IMG/VR virus record: IMGVR_UViG_3300021091_000020
Span: 32,001-96,000 of that record
Reading direction: 5' to 3' (one strand)
Length of the DNA: 64,000 nucleotides
Source of the DNA: a virus
Of this stretch, positions 37,758 through 46,959 are shown in pieces. The notes under the pieces were generated by a model that did not search any database, was not told the origin of the DNA, and was given only the letters and a program-made list of their open reading frames with translations. How positions within the stretch are numbered: the first letter of the stretch is position 1; every line of letters begins with the position of its first letter. A program made the position numbers and the translations under genes.

Positions 37758-38339
37758 TTATTTTTTAATCCAGTTTTCCCCATCCCACCATTCAAAATTT
37801 GGATAATTTATTTTGTAATCGAATTGTTTATACCATTCTCCGATATACAAATAAGGATAAGAACTGTTTAATAATTTATCTATAAAATAATAACAAGTAA
37901 TAGGTGTTATACCATTTCTCTTCAGCTTACCACCAAAAACTGCAGAAAAAAATGGTATATTGCCAAACCAATTCAAAACACAAAATACTTCCGAATTGAA
38001 ATAATATATTTCATAATCAAATGATAAAACTGTTTGTAAATAAAATTGACAACTATCTGAATAATAGTGTTTGGTATTTTCAAATATCTTTCTATAATCG
38101 CCTTTTTTTGATATTTGCATTTTATTCAGTTTATTTTTTTTACGAGTTGATATTGGTAAAATTTTTACACGCGATGATTTGCTTTGATACCATTCATTGT
38201 TTATCGTTGGAATCCAACCATGTTCAAACATATAGCTTTCAGTTTCATTTATCGGTTTAGCAAACACTTCACATAAAAATGAAACAGACTTTTCATCATC
38301 TATGAACATTCCGTTTTGGTGACTGTATCGGATCTTCAT
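37758..38339 (-). CDS. Putative aminoacyl-tRNA-protein transferase (Bpt/ATE1-like)
   Basis: MFEHGW near the N-terminus; YLYIGEWYKQFDYKINYPNFEWW resembles the Bpt/ATE YxYLG...YK motif. Confidence 0.4.
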   Translation of the reverse strand: MKIRYSHQNGMFIDDEKSVSFLCEVFAKPINETESYMFEHGWIPTINNEWYQSKSSRVKILPISTRKKNKLNKMQISKKGDYRKIFENTKHYYSDSCQFYLQTVLSFDYEIYYFNSEVFCVLNWFGNIPFFSAVFGGKLKRNGITPITCYYFIDKLLNSSYPYLYIGEWYKQFDYKINYPNFEWWDGENWIKK

Positions 38340-39024
38340 TCAATTTCTCATTGTATATTTTTGAACGTTCTTCATTTGATTCACCGGCATCCAAATCGGT
38401 ATGGTCATAATTCATGTTTTCTGTATCGGGTGTTACCCACCTAGCATTTCTCTCTGCAGTCCAAAGTGTCCTATTATACATTCTTTCAATTACAATATCT
38501 TTCTTTACGGTAAATGAAGGATCATGTAATCTCAATCTGTTGTTTGGTTGTATTCCAAAATTACCATTATCCATCATTATTAAATGACCACATTTATGTT
38601 GTGAAGGATATTCAGAAAAAAGATAATCCGTGTCACCTGAGTCTGTACTTGCAGCCCAATCAAGTGTAAATAAATATCTACCACTATATTCTTTTCTACG
38701 GCGAGAAACAAATTTCATTACTTTATTTTTTAAATAAGGAAATTGTGTTACAGAAACATGATACGAAAACGAGTCCCACAAAACTAATTCATCTAATTCT
38801 TGTTCCGGTGCATCTTCTTTCCAACAGAATGCATGGATAGGCATTCTCCACCAGATACCACCATCTTCCATAACAAAATGAAATAGTGGTGCTTGTCCTG
38901 GAATAGTTGCAACACCAAATATAAAACATGGAAATTTTTTATCAAATGAGTCTTTTTGGTCACGAAGAAAATTCCCTCTAACATATGCCTCAATAACTGG
39001 TACCGCCGAGTTTAAATATGCCAT
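38296..39024 (-). CDS. Conserved phage hypothetical protein
   Basis: MAYLN..P, WRMPIHAF, LWDSFSY, YLFTLDW, HKCGH and QPNNR. Confidence 0.65.
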   Translation of the reverse strand: MAYLNSAVPVIEAYVRGNFLRDQKDSFDKKFPCFIFGVATIPGQAPLFHFVMEDGGIWWRMPIHAFCWKEDAPEQELDELVLWDSFSYHVSVTQFPYLKNKVMKFVSRRRKEYSGRYLFTLDWAASTDSGDTDYLFSEYPSQHKCGHLIMMDNGNFGIQPNNRLRLHDPSFTVKKDIVIERMYNRTLWTAERNARWVTPDTENMNYDHTDLDAGESNEERSKIYNEKLNEDPIQSPKRNVHR

Positions 39025-39025
39025 A

Positions 39026-40378
39026 TTAAAAACCTTCTAATTCTTTGAACTTTTGTGAAAGAGCTTTCTTAACATTAACATCACCTTTCATTGATGTTTG
39101 AACACTCTGTCCCATGTCAGAACTTGGTTCGTATATTTCAATGTGGCCAGTCATTGTATTTATTTTACTTGGGAATGTCATACCATCTGGACCAAAACGA
39201 TTTTTAATAATGTGCCATCTGCCTGTTCCACCGACTTTATCATTTAGTTTTCTCGATAGTGACATAATAAAATCTGCAATCATAATTTTGTTATATGATT
39301 CTGAAACCTTACCGCCTTCAATCACATCATCTTCGAGAGCAGAACGATTTGCTTGTGATGCAGTCCAAATAGGTATTCCATAAGTTCCACCAACACCACG
39401 CAAGTCTTCATAAATATCATTTAGTTCCAATCTCTTATCACCGGCTTTTGATGGTCTTATCAAGTCTGCATAATCAACGATAACCAAATCTGGTGGTTTG
39501 CCTTGACTTATACACTTCTCAATGTGTGATGTAATTGTTGTGATACTTGCAGTTTTGGTTGGATAATACTTTACAATCAAGTCACCTTTGATAGTTTCCA
39601 TTGTATCACGGATTTTCTCTTGTGCATATTCTTCGTTAAGATTTTGAAATGCAATCTTTGTAAAGTAAGCATCAAATCTTCTTGCAACATAAAACTGATT
39701 GAGTTCAAGTGTATAATAAACAACTCTCTTACCGGCCTTAACTGCTTGAGCGGCGATACTTACCAATCCCCAAGACTTACCGCCACCGGCAGGAGCAATG
39801 ATAACACCCAACTCACCAGCAGCCAATCCACCGTTTGTAATATCATCAACTACATTCCAACCAGTAGATACACAACTTCTTGCACCTTCTTCATAACGAG
39901 CAATAATATCTACAAGATATTCATGTCCAATATCTTTGTCAGTTCCGGCTTTGAGTGCATTATCAACTTTCTTTTTGATAAGGTCATACTTACCACTCTT
40001 AAGCAAATCAACCGACTCAATAATTGCAACTTTCATCTTTTGATTTTTACAAAATTCAAGAGTAGTTGATTTAACATATTCTGCATCAGAACTATCTTTA
40101 TACTTTGCACTTTCTTTCAGAGCATCTGCAATAGTGCTCTTCAAAACTTTATCTTCAACGGTAATCAATTCAGACTTGAAAACTTCAGCAGTTGGTGCAG
40201 TTTTATACTTCTCATAATAGGACATTATCTTTTCAACAACCCAACTATTTGCTTGAGACTCAAAATAATTTGGTTCGATAATATCTGAAACTTGTTGTAA
40301 AAATGCTCTATCGTTTAATAATGAAGTGACTACTTTTGTCTGAAAGGTATGACCATATTGGGATAAATTATCCTGCAT
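39026..40378 (-). CDS. gp41: Replicative DnaB-like helicase (T4 gp41-like)
   Basis: APAGGGKS, YYTLEL, VIVDYAD, WTASQANR and KNRFG. Confidence 0.92.
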   Translation of the reverse strand: MQDNLSQYGHTFQTKVVTSLLNDRAFLQQVSDIIEPNYFESQANSWVVEKIMSYYEKYKTAPTAEVFKSELITVEDKVLKSTIADALKESAKYKDSSDAEYVKSTTLEFCKNQKMKVAIIESVDLLKSGKYDLIKKKVDNALKAGTDKDIGHEYLVDIIARYEEGARSCVSTGWNVVDDITNGGLAAGELGVIIAPAGGGKSWGLVSIAAQAVKAGKRVVYYTLELNQFYVARRFDAYFTKIAFQNLNEEYAQEKIRDTMETIKGDLIVKYYPTKTASITTITSHIEKCISQGKPPDLVIVDYADLIRPSKAGDKRLELNDIYEDLRGVGGTYGIPIWTASQANRSALEDDVIEGGKVSESYNKIMIADFIMSLSRKLNDKVGGTGRWHIIKNRFGPDGMTFPSKINTMTGHIEIYEPSSDMGQSVQTSMKGDVNVKKALSQKFKELEGF

Positions 40379-41414
40379 ATTTGTTCCTAATGGAATTTAA
40401 TGTTGTAAAATTATTTTGAACCCATACATCCCAATTCAATAAAACATTTTGTAGTTTATCTTCTACAAATAGTTTATTCAGTTCAACTTTATTTATACCG
40501 TCAATTTCACCATCAACTAAATGTCTTAATGTTGATTTGGTGCTTTGTGAAATTTCAACATCACTTAATTGCATTATTCTATGATTGGTTTGCAATACAT
40601 TTAGGTTGTTCTTTAATTCTTGAATTGCTTTGGATTTATTATCATGTAATTTACAAATTTCTACGAACATTTCCAAATTTATTTTTCTTTTTTCTGATAA
40701 TTCTGGAAATAATTTTAATATCGTTTTGTCACCGAGACCACGAATGCCAACTACATTATCACTCTTATCGCCAAGTAAAGATTTGTATATGATATAATTC
40801 TCACACCATATACCAGTTTCTTCCAATAAATTTTGAGGTGTATACATCTTCTTTTTGGTTGGCAGATAAACACTAACTCTGTCCGAAACCAATTGTAAAA
40901 AGTCTCGGTCATTGGAAAGTATTACACATTTTTCTTTGAAATAAGAAGAAAGGTAGGCAATCACATCATCTGCTTCTATTTTATCAATGGAGATTATTGT
41001 TAGTGGCAAATTTTGTAGGTATGAAAAAACACGAAACAGTTGATACTTAATTGAGGATTGTTCATCTTCAATATCTTCAAACCCAACTACACGGTTTAAC
41101 CGTGACTTGATTGCCCTACCTTCCTTATAGTTTGAATAAATTTCTTTTCTTCTTTGTGAACCACCCTTACCATCAAAGACTACAACAACCCGCGTGGGAT
41201 TAACCATACGGATTGTTGCTCCAAGAGACTTCAAGAAACCAGATAATCCACCAACATGAATGCCATCTTCGTTTAGGGTTGGGATGGCAGAAAATGTGCG
41301 TATAAAAAGGTTCATCCCATCTACAATCAAAACCTTACTATCACGATGTAGGTTTTCTTGTTCTTGTTTTTCTGTTTCTATTTCTTGTAAAAGTCTTTGA
41401 TATTTACGGTTCAT
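40368..41414 (-). CDS. rnh: 5'-3' exonuclease / RNase H (FEN-like)
   Basis: LIVDGMN, VFDG, YKEGR, IEADDVI, SNDRDFLQL and GDKSDNVVGIRGLG. Confidence 0.92.
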   Translation of the reverse strand: MNRKYQRLLQEIETEKQEQENLHRDSKVLIVDGMNLFIRTFSAIPTLNEDGIHVGGLSGFLKSLGATIRMVNPTRVVVVFDGKGGSQRRKEIYSNYKEGRAIKSRLNRVVGFEDIEDEQSSIKYQLFRVFSYLQNLPLTIISIDKIEADDVIAYLSSYFKEKCVILSNDRDFLQLVSDRVSVYLPTKKKMYTPQNLLEETGIWCENYIIYKSLLGDKSDNVVGIRGLGDKTILKLFPELSEKRKINLEMFVEICKLHDNKSKAIQELKNNLNVLQTNHRIMQLSDVEISQSTKSTLRHLVDGEIDGINKVELNKLFVEDKLQNVLLNWDVWVQNNFTTLNSIRNKYAG

Positions 41415-42559
41415 ACTTCATCTTGTAATAATGGTTCATCGGAAAGTGTTACGTCATCTATGCGTGCCTCATCCAGTTTCTTATATTTCATAATTACTTT
41501 CTCAGCGATTTCATCATAAACTATATCATACAATTGGGGATTACTCATAATCTTTTCAACAAATTCCTTTGATTGAAACTTAATGACTTCTCCGGTTCTT
41601 TTGTCTGTCCATGAATACCATGCACCAGATTGAGAAACAAGATTGTGTTCTTTCATCACAGTTAGCCATGATGAATAATCATCTATACCACTATCAAAAT
41701 AAACTTCATATTCACATTCACGCAGCGGAGGACCTACTCTGTTCTTTACCAATTTCGCCTTAATTCTTGAACCAACAATTTCATCACGACCTTCTCTCTT
41801 TGCTTTTATGGCACCGATTGAAGAAAGACGAAGACGAACAGAAGCATGGAAAGGAATACCTTTACCACCCGGTGTTGTCCAAGGATCAGAAAATGCTGGG
41901 GCATTTAATTTCTGACGAAGTTGATTTGTAATAATCAAACAAATACGCTCTCTACCAATAAGATTTGTAATCTTTCTCATTGCCTTTGAAATGATAAGTG
42001 CCTTTGCCGTAGCATAACCATCCTTATCAAAGTCTGCAGCCATTTCTGTTTTAGTGGATGCACCGGCTATCGAATCAACTACTATCGTTACCAATCTATC
42101 TTTATCGGATGAACGAACCTTATCAATGATAACATCAACTGTTTCAAAAATATCTTCTACTGTTTCCAATGGAATGTATAACATATCTTTTAAGTTCAAA
42201 CCGATTGCGGTTAGATATTCAGTTGATATTGCATTCTCGGTATCAATATAAACAGCAAGACCACCTTTCTTTTGTGTGTTAAGAAGTGCATGGGCTGCCA
42301 ATAGAGATTTACCAGATTGTTCGAGACCTGTTATTTCAGATACACGACCAACAGGAAAACCACCATACTTACGATTGGAAATGGCCAAATCCAACATGGT
42401 TGAGCCAGTTCCTACCCATTCTTTTACTATCGTAGGTGCATCACTATCACCTTCAAGAAAGTAAGCGGTCTTAATGTTTTGAGTTTTGAATTGTTTGTTT
42501 ATAGTTTCGGCAATGAGCCCACCGAGTTCATCGGAAAGATCACTCTTTGATTTTGCCAT
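41411..42559 (-). CDS. uvsX: RecA/UvsX recombinase
   Basis: GLEQSGKS, YIDTE, VVDSIA, TNQLR, TPGGK and KNRVGPP. Confidence 0.95.
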   Translation of the reverse strand: MAKSKSDLSDELGGLIAETINKQFKTQNIKTAYFLEGDSDAPTIVKEWVGTGSTMLDLAISNRKYGGFPVGRVSEITGLEQSGKSLLAAHALLNTQKKGGLAVYIDTENAISTEYLTAIGLNLKDMLYIPLETVEDIFETVDVIIDKVRSSDKDRLVTIVVDSIAGASTKTEMAADFDKDGYATAKALIISKAMRKITNLIGRERICLIITNQLRQKLNAPAFSDPWTTPGGKGIPFHASVRLRLSSIGAIKAKREGRDEIVGSRIKAKLVKNRVGPPLRECEYEVYFDSGIDDYSSWLTVMKEHNLVSQSGAWYSWTDKRTGEVIKFQSKEFVEKIMSNPQLYDIVYDEIAEKVIMKYKKLDEARIDDVTLSDEPLLQDEV

Positions 42560-42571
42560 AACTCACCCTTA

Positions 42572-43327
42572 TTAAAATAAATCATCAAATGTAACACCGA
42601 CATCTTCAGCAGATGTAGATGGCTTCTCACTCTTTTCTTGTTTGTAATTAAGGTCCTTTGATTCTTCTTCTTGTGAAGAAGCACCCATCCAAGTTTGCAA
42701 TTGAATCTTCAAATCATCATAAGATGGTTCTGGATACAATTCTGTAATTTGTGGTTGTGACTTAATCTTTTCAAGAACGTCTGCACTTTCTGTAATGGGT
42801 GTTTCTTTTGGTTTAACACGAATACTTGTTTCTGCATAAGTTTTACCAGCTTCTTCTGGTGACTTAACGGTAACAACAATGTCACGACCAGATTTTGGAT
42901 CAGACAAATCACCGTAATCAGGATCAACAAAGAAAGCAAGCAGTTCTTCATAGATTTGTTTACCAAATCCCCAAAACTTCACACCTTCATTTTCTTGACC
43001 ACGAACAATAACAGGAACATAGATACGCATTTTAGGTTCCAATTTTCTACCCATTACCCAATCTTCCTTGTCACCAGTTTGTTTAAGTTTTTCTGCAAAC
43101 TCAACCACTGGATCAGGACGACCAAATGATGCAGGAGAAAGAATAGACCTCTTACCCAAATTGTAATGGAAATACAATTCGATAAACGGATTTTCTCTGT
43201 TGTGAATGTAGGGAACAATTCTGATTTGGGTTTCACCCGGATCGGGTTTCCAAATGTTAGATGTGCGATTGTTTGTGTTTTTTAGAGAGTTCAAACGACT
43301 CTTGATTGCATCTAGGTTAATAGCCAT
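42572..43327 (-). CDS. gp32: Single-stranded DNA-binding protein (gp32-like)
   Basis: IWKP, IRIVP, YFHY, FWGFGK, GDLSDPKSGRDI and an acidic tail ending FDDLF; adjacent to uvsX. Confidence 0.8.
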   Translation of the reverse strand: MAINLDAIKSRLNSLKNTNNRTSNIWKPDPGETQIRIVPYIHNRENPFIELYFHYNLGKRSILSPASFGRPDPVVEFAEKLKQTGDKEDWVMGRKLEPKMRIYVPVIVRGQENEGVKFWGFGKQIYEELLAFFVDPDYGDLSDPKSGRDIVVTVKSPEEAGKTYAETSIRVKPKETPITESADVLEKIKSQPQITELYPEPSYDDLKIQLQTWMGASSQEEESKDLNYKQEKSEKPSTSAEDVGVTFDDLF

Positions 43328-43399
43328 GATGTTTCTCCAAATGTGTAATAAATAATGTTTAATCGTTACTAAAAGAATGTTATGTCTAATAGAACAATA

Positions 43400-43430
43400 C
43401 TAATATATGAATTTAATGTTTAATAAGCAA
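43400..43430 (-). promoter_or_regulatory. Putative early/middle promoter of the SSB-UvsX-RNase H-helicase operon
   Basis: TTGCTT-N17-TATATT(AG). Confidence 0.6.
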
Positions 43431-43449
43431 GCAATTTTTATTTTATTCT

Positions 43450-43483
43450 ATAAATAAATATGGGAAATCCGAAGATTTCCCAT
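43450..43483 (-). terminator. Intrinsic terminator with a cUUCGg tetraloop
   Basis: ATGGGAAATC-TTCG-GATTTCCCAT (43460-43483) followed by an AU-rich tail, just after the 43488 stop. Confidence 0.75.
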
Positions 43484-43487
43484 TTTA

Positions 43488-44324
43488 TCATTTATTGTAT
43501 TTCATAAGTTCCTTTAATCTACGAACAACCGTTTCTGGTATTTTTTCCACATTGAATGTGTTATCAACCCAAGCTGGTGCATCATCTGTTTGAGGCATAA
43601 CATCACGCTTTGGAGCACCTGCAACTGGTGGACTTTTTGTTTTTAATGTCTGTACATTACCCCAAATATAGTCCGCAATCGCTTCTGGTGTATCGCCTTT
43701 ACCATATTTCTTAAATACTTCAACTACTGGCTCTTTTATATTATCAATAACATATTTTTTCAATTCACTCTCACCAACTTGAAACAGATTTACACCACCA
43801 CCGGCTGCAGTTGGAACTGTTCCAGTTTGAGCAGCAATACCAATTTGAGTGGCTTTAAGTGCTTCGAGTGGTTTTTTAATATCCGTTAAATCAACTGCCT
43901 TTATCTTTGCATCAGGATTAAGACAGAATACTTGTGACCAACGATGATGTCCGTCAATAACAAATTTACCACCGCCACCTGTTACAATTGATTTCCCAGC
44001 AGGTGCAACTACACCACCTTTCAAGTAGGCCTCTGCACTTGCAGGATCCTTCAATGGAAAACTCAATGATTTATCCATAACAACTTCATTTTGTGTTGGC
44101 TGTAGATCCGTGCACGCAGGTGATAATCCGGATGTTTTAACTGGAGCATCTGACGATAAAGATTTTATGGCATCAACAAATTTAGGATCCTTTATGTTAT
44201 CTCCCAATTCTTTTACAAATGATACATAATCCTTTTTTAGAATTTTTTTCAATTCTTCTTGTGCCTCATCTTCATTTAGTTTTGTCTTAACCTCTTTGAC
44301 TAAACCTTTTAATAAACTTTTCAT
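43488..44324 (-). CDS. ParB/Srx-like domain protein with a leader peptide
   Basis: LQPTQNEV and FVIDGHHRW; N-terminus MKSLLKGLVKEVKTKLNE. Confidence 0.65.
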   Translation of the reverse strand: MKSLLKGLVKEVKTKLNEDEAQEELKKILKKDYVSFVKELGDNIKDPKFVDAIKSLSSDAPVKTSGLSPACTDLQPTQNEVVMDKSLSFPLKDPASAEAYLKGGVVAPAGKSIVTGGGGKFVIDGHHRWSQVFCLNPDAKIKAVDLTDIKKPLEALKATQIGIAAQTGTVPTAAGGGVNLFQVGESELKKYVIDNIKEPVVEVFKKYGKGDTPEAIADYIWGNVQTLKTKSPPVAGAPKRDVMPQTDDAPAWVDNTFNVEKIPETVVRRLKELMKYNK

Positions 44325-44351
44325 AATAAATCTCAAATTATTTAAACATTT

Positions 44352-44939
44352 TTATCTTACATTATTTGATAGCAAATGAGTTCTTACTATTTCTTTTATC
44401 TTCTTACGAAGTTTATTTTTTAATCTTTCACTTACTTTTATTTCCGTTTTTTGTTCTTTGCTCATCATTGATTCTATTTGCGTATCTATTTTTTTAGATA
44501 AATTTTCAGCAACAGAATTTAATTTGGATAAAACAATCTCTAACACTTCAAAATCTTCATCTGTCAATCTTTTTTTAATAAATAATCCAATTTTTTCTAT
44601 TATCTTTCGTATATCAGCTTCATGTGCATCCTTTTCACTTTCAGTATACGCAGCAGATTTTAATGTATCAAGAGATTTGTACAACACCTTTAATGTTGGA
44701 ATTCCTGAAAATCTAGATCCGATTGATTGTAATTTTTCAGAAGTGTCTTTATATTCTTGTGAATCTGCAAACTTATTAAACCAAGAACGAATAGTATTTG
44801 TATTCTCATTTGGAAAAATAAATTGTAATAGATTTTTATTTCTTTGTATTATATTAGCAACATCTATTAGAACAATGAAACTCATTGGACTAATTGCTGA
44901 TACTGTTATTGATTCATTTACTACTTTTTTTGATTTCAT
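44352..44939 (-). CDS. Hypothetical helical protein
   Basis: Packed in the operon; N-terminus ..VVNE and C-terminal LRKKIKEIV. Confidence 0.55.
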   Translation of the reverse strand: MKSKKVVNESITVSAISPMSFIVLIDVANIIQRNKNLLQFIFPNENTNTIRSWFNKFADSQEYKDTSEKLQSIGSRFSGIPTLKVLYKSLDTLKSAAYTESEKDAHEADIRKIIEKIGLFIKKRLTDEDFEVLEIVLSKLNSVAENLSKKIDTQIESMMSKEQKTEIKVSERLKNKLRKKIKEIVRTHLLSNNVR

Positions 44940-44948
44940 TTTATTTAC

Positions 44949-45263
44949 CTATGGCATTAATGTTATATTCAATCTGTTTTGTATAAGATACAAACTAACA
45001 CTTGTCTTTTTATTAAAAAAATGTAACTTTCCAGAGATTGGTTTTTTATATTCAAAACCAATTTTTTTCAAAGCATCAACTATTTCATGTTCTTTGTACA
45101 TACTTGCATCAATGGCATTGTCTGGAAGTATGCTTATCTTTTCTAATATTTTTTTTAATTCATCATAGATAGTATCAAACCCACTTCCTTCGGAAATAGA
45201 TTTTACTTTTAATTCTTCAATAACTCTGTTTGTTATTTCGTCTATTAGTGTTTTTAGTTTCAT
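44949..45263 (-). CDS. Hypothetical protein with a leader peptide
   Basis: MKLKTLIDE; downstream of an ATATTTATA motif. Confidence 0.55.
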   Translation of the reverse strand: MKLKTLIDEITNRVIEELKVKSISEGSGFDTIYDELKKILEKISILPDNAIDASMYKEHEIVDALKKIGFEYKKPISGKLHFFNKKTSVSLYLIQNRLNITLMP

Positions 45264-45299
45264 TGAATTAACTTAAATTATTACACATAAAAATATACA

Positions 45300-45308
45300 T
45301 ATAAATAT
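45300..45308 (-). promoter_or_regulatory. ATATTTATA motif (putative late promoter)
   Basis: Exact motif about 36 nt upstream of the 45263 start. Confidence 0.5.
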
Positions 45309-45697
45309 CACCAATTATAGACTTTTACCAAAAATATCTTTACTACACGAAATCCATCTTTGTTTTTTAATAGTGCGCAATTACGATACCTTTCCCATTC
45401 TATCGGATATGTTTTATCCAATATACCGTTGTTCAGGTTCATAATTAGTTCATTTAATGCATTTATAGTGTATATGGTATTAGTTTCACGTTTTTGGTGA
45501 ACCATTATTGAATTTGGAAGGAATTTTTTGTAACTGTCCATTATGACATTGTATGACAATAAAGAATCTTCTCTTGTTTCCAAAGACTTAAATAAAAATA
45601 CTTTATTATTCAATATAGAAAAATTTTCTTTAATTGTATCTATCGTTTCTTCTACGCTATGTTTTCTCGTAAATGTACATACTAATTGTGTCTTCAA
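45308..45697 (-). CDS. Conserved phage hypothetical protein
   Basis: LVCTF, HQKRETNTIYTINALN and W..YRN; TTG start with a GAGAG SD-like site. Confidence 0.6.
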   Translation of the reverse strand: MKTQLVCTFTRKHSVEETIDTIKENFSILNNKVFLFKSLETREDSLLSYNVIMDSYKKFLPNSIMVHQKRETNTIYTINALNELIMNLNNGILDKTYPIEWERYRNCALLKNKDGFRVVKIFLVKVYNW

Positions 45698-45731
45698 TAT
45701 TTCTCTCTCATATTTTCAAATATCTACTCAA

Positions 45732-45740
45732 TATAAATAT
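45732..45740 (-). promoter_or_regulatory. ATATTTATA motif (putative late promoter)
   Basis: Exact motif about 34 nt upstream of the 45697 start. Confidence 0.5.
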
Positions 45741-45744
45741 CATC

Positions 45745-46956
45745 TTAAATTTGTAGAATACTACCAAAATTGTCTCCCGTGTAAATTTTTACTGACATAT
45801 TATCTGTCTCAAATGCAGACTGTAAAACATCAATTAAATCCATTTCATCTGGATGAATATCAAAAACAAAAGCATCATACAGATACATCATAAACACCGA
45901 CTTCTTATTTTGTATATGCGGTAAAATACTTTTTATCTTACGAACATTGTATTCGGTTTCCAATGATTGAAGAACATAATTGAATACTTTATTGGGAGTT
46001 GCATCTTGAATATCTCTGAAATTCTTTTCGTAAAACCAAGACTTAACTATACCATCGGTTTCATATACCGAATACAGTTCATCAATCATTGCTTGAACAG
46101 TTGTAAAGAAAGGATGTTCTATAAACTCTGGAGTTATAGTTCCATATATGTTCTGAAAAACTTTTCCTTTGAATTGTTCATAGTCCATGTCAATTCCTAA
46201 TTCATCTTTTATTTGTTCATACGGATGACTTTGGAATTGATAATCCAATATCTTAGCAAGTAGTTTAATATGAAATGCATCATAATCAAACTGAACTATT
46301 TTGCCATCGTCAAACCTTGAACGGATTTTATCTCTACTACCGTTTTTCTTATTCATTGCGGAGAAATTAAAACCATCCCAAGCGTTACTTGGTCTACCAG
46401 TTGCAGTATACCACATATAGTTTTGTTTCTTCCATTCATCACCAACAAGAATATCATTTCTCTCTATTTCATGCAATACTGTGATAAAGTCATTGCAGTA
46501 ATCTATACATTTCTGTTCAATTGGATTATCTTCATAAATCTTCATAACATATTTTGCAATCTTTCTTGCCCATTCTAATTGTTTTGAAAGTGGTATTACA
46601 TGGCCTAAATCTTCTATTTTGTAAAATTTATTGACAAGCGTTTCCATACCCTTCGGATAAAATTCTTTTGGATTGATACTGTCTGATGTATAATAATGTA
46701 GATATGAATTTAGATCGATACCATCATTAAAACCGTTATAGACTAATGCCTTCTTATTCAATACAAGTGTTTTTGGATGCAATTTTATTTCATTCAAATG
46801 AATGTCTGTATCTACTTCATCTGGATGTGTAAAGTTTATGTAATGTTCTTCACCATCGGTAAATAAAAAATACATACCGATAATGCCAACTGCAGATTGG
46901 TGTTTGTTTGCATTGCTTATGATTGGAATGCAAACCGAAGGTTTTTCTTGGAACAT
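45745..46956 (-). CDS. Truncated, divergent family A DNA polymerase-like protein
   Basis: TATGRPS, motif A FDYDAFH, motif B K...FQNIYG, FNYVLQS and motif C LYDAF. Confidence 0.75.
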   Translation of the reverse strand: MFQEKPSVCIPIISNANKHQSAVGIIGMYFLFTDGEEHYINFTHPDEVDTDIHLNEIKLHPKTLVLNKKALVYNGFNDGIDLNSYLHYYTSDSINPKEFYPKGMETLVNKFYKIEDLGHVIPLSKQLEWARKIAKYVMKIYEDNPIEQKCIDYCNDFITVLHEIERNDILVGDEWKKQNYMWYTATGRPSNAWDGFNFSAMNKKNGSRDKIRSRFDDGKIVQFDYDAFHIKLLAKILDYQFQSHPYEQIKDELGIDMDYEQFKGKVFQNIYGTITPEFIEHPFFTTVQAMIDELYSVYETDGIVKSWFYEKNFRDIQDATPNKVFNYVLQSLETEYNVRKIKSILPHIQNKKSVFMMYLYDAFVFDIHPDEMDLIDVLQSAFETDNMSVKIYTGDNFGSILQI

Positions 46957-46959
46957 AAG

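Noticed and set aside
21294-42559. Introns or inteins in PolB, RNR, helicase or UvsX
   Set aside because: All are of normal length with contiguous motifs, and no homing endonuclease or splicing motifs were seen.
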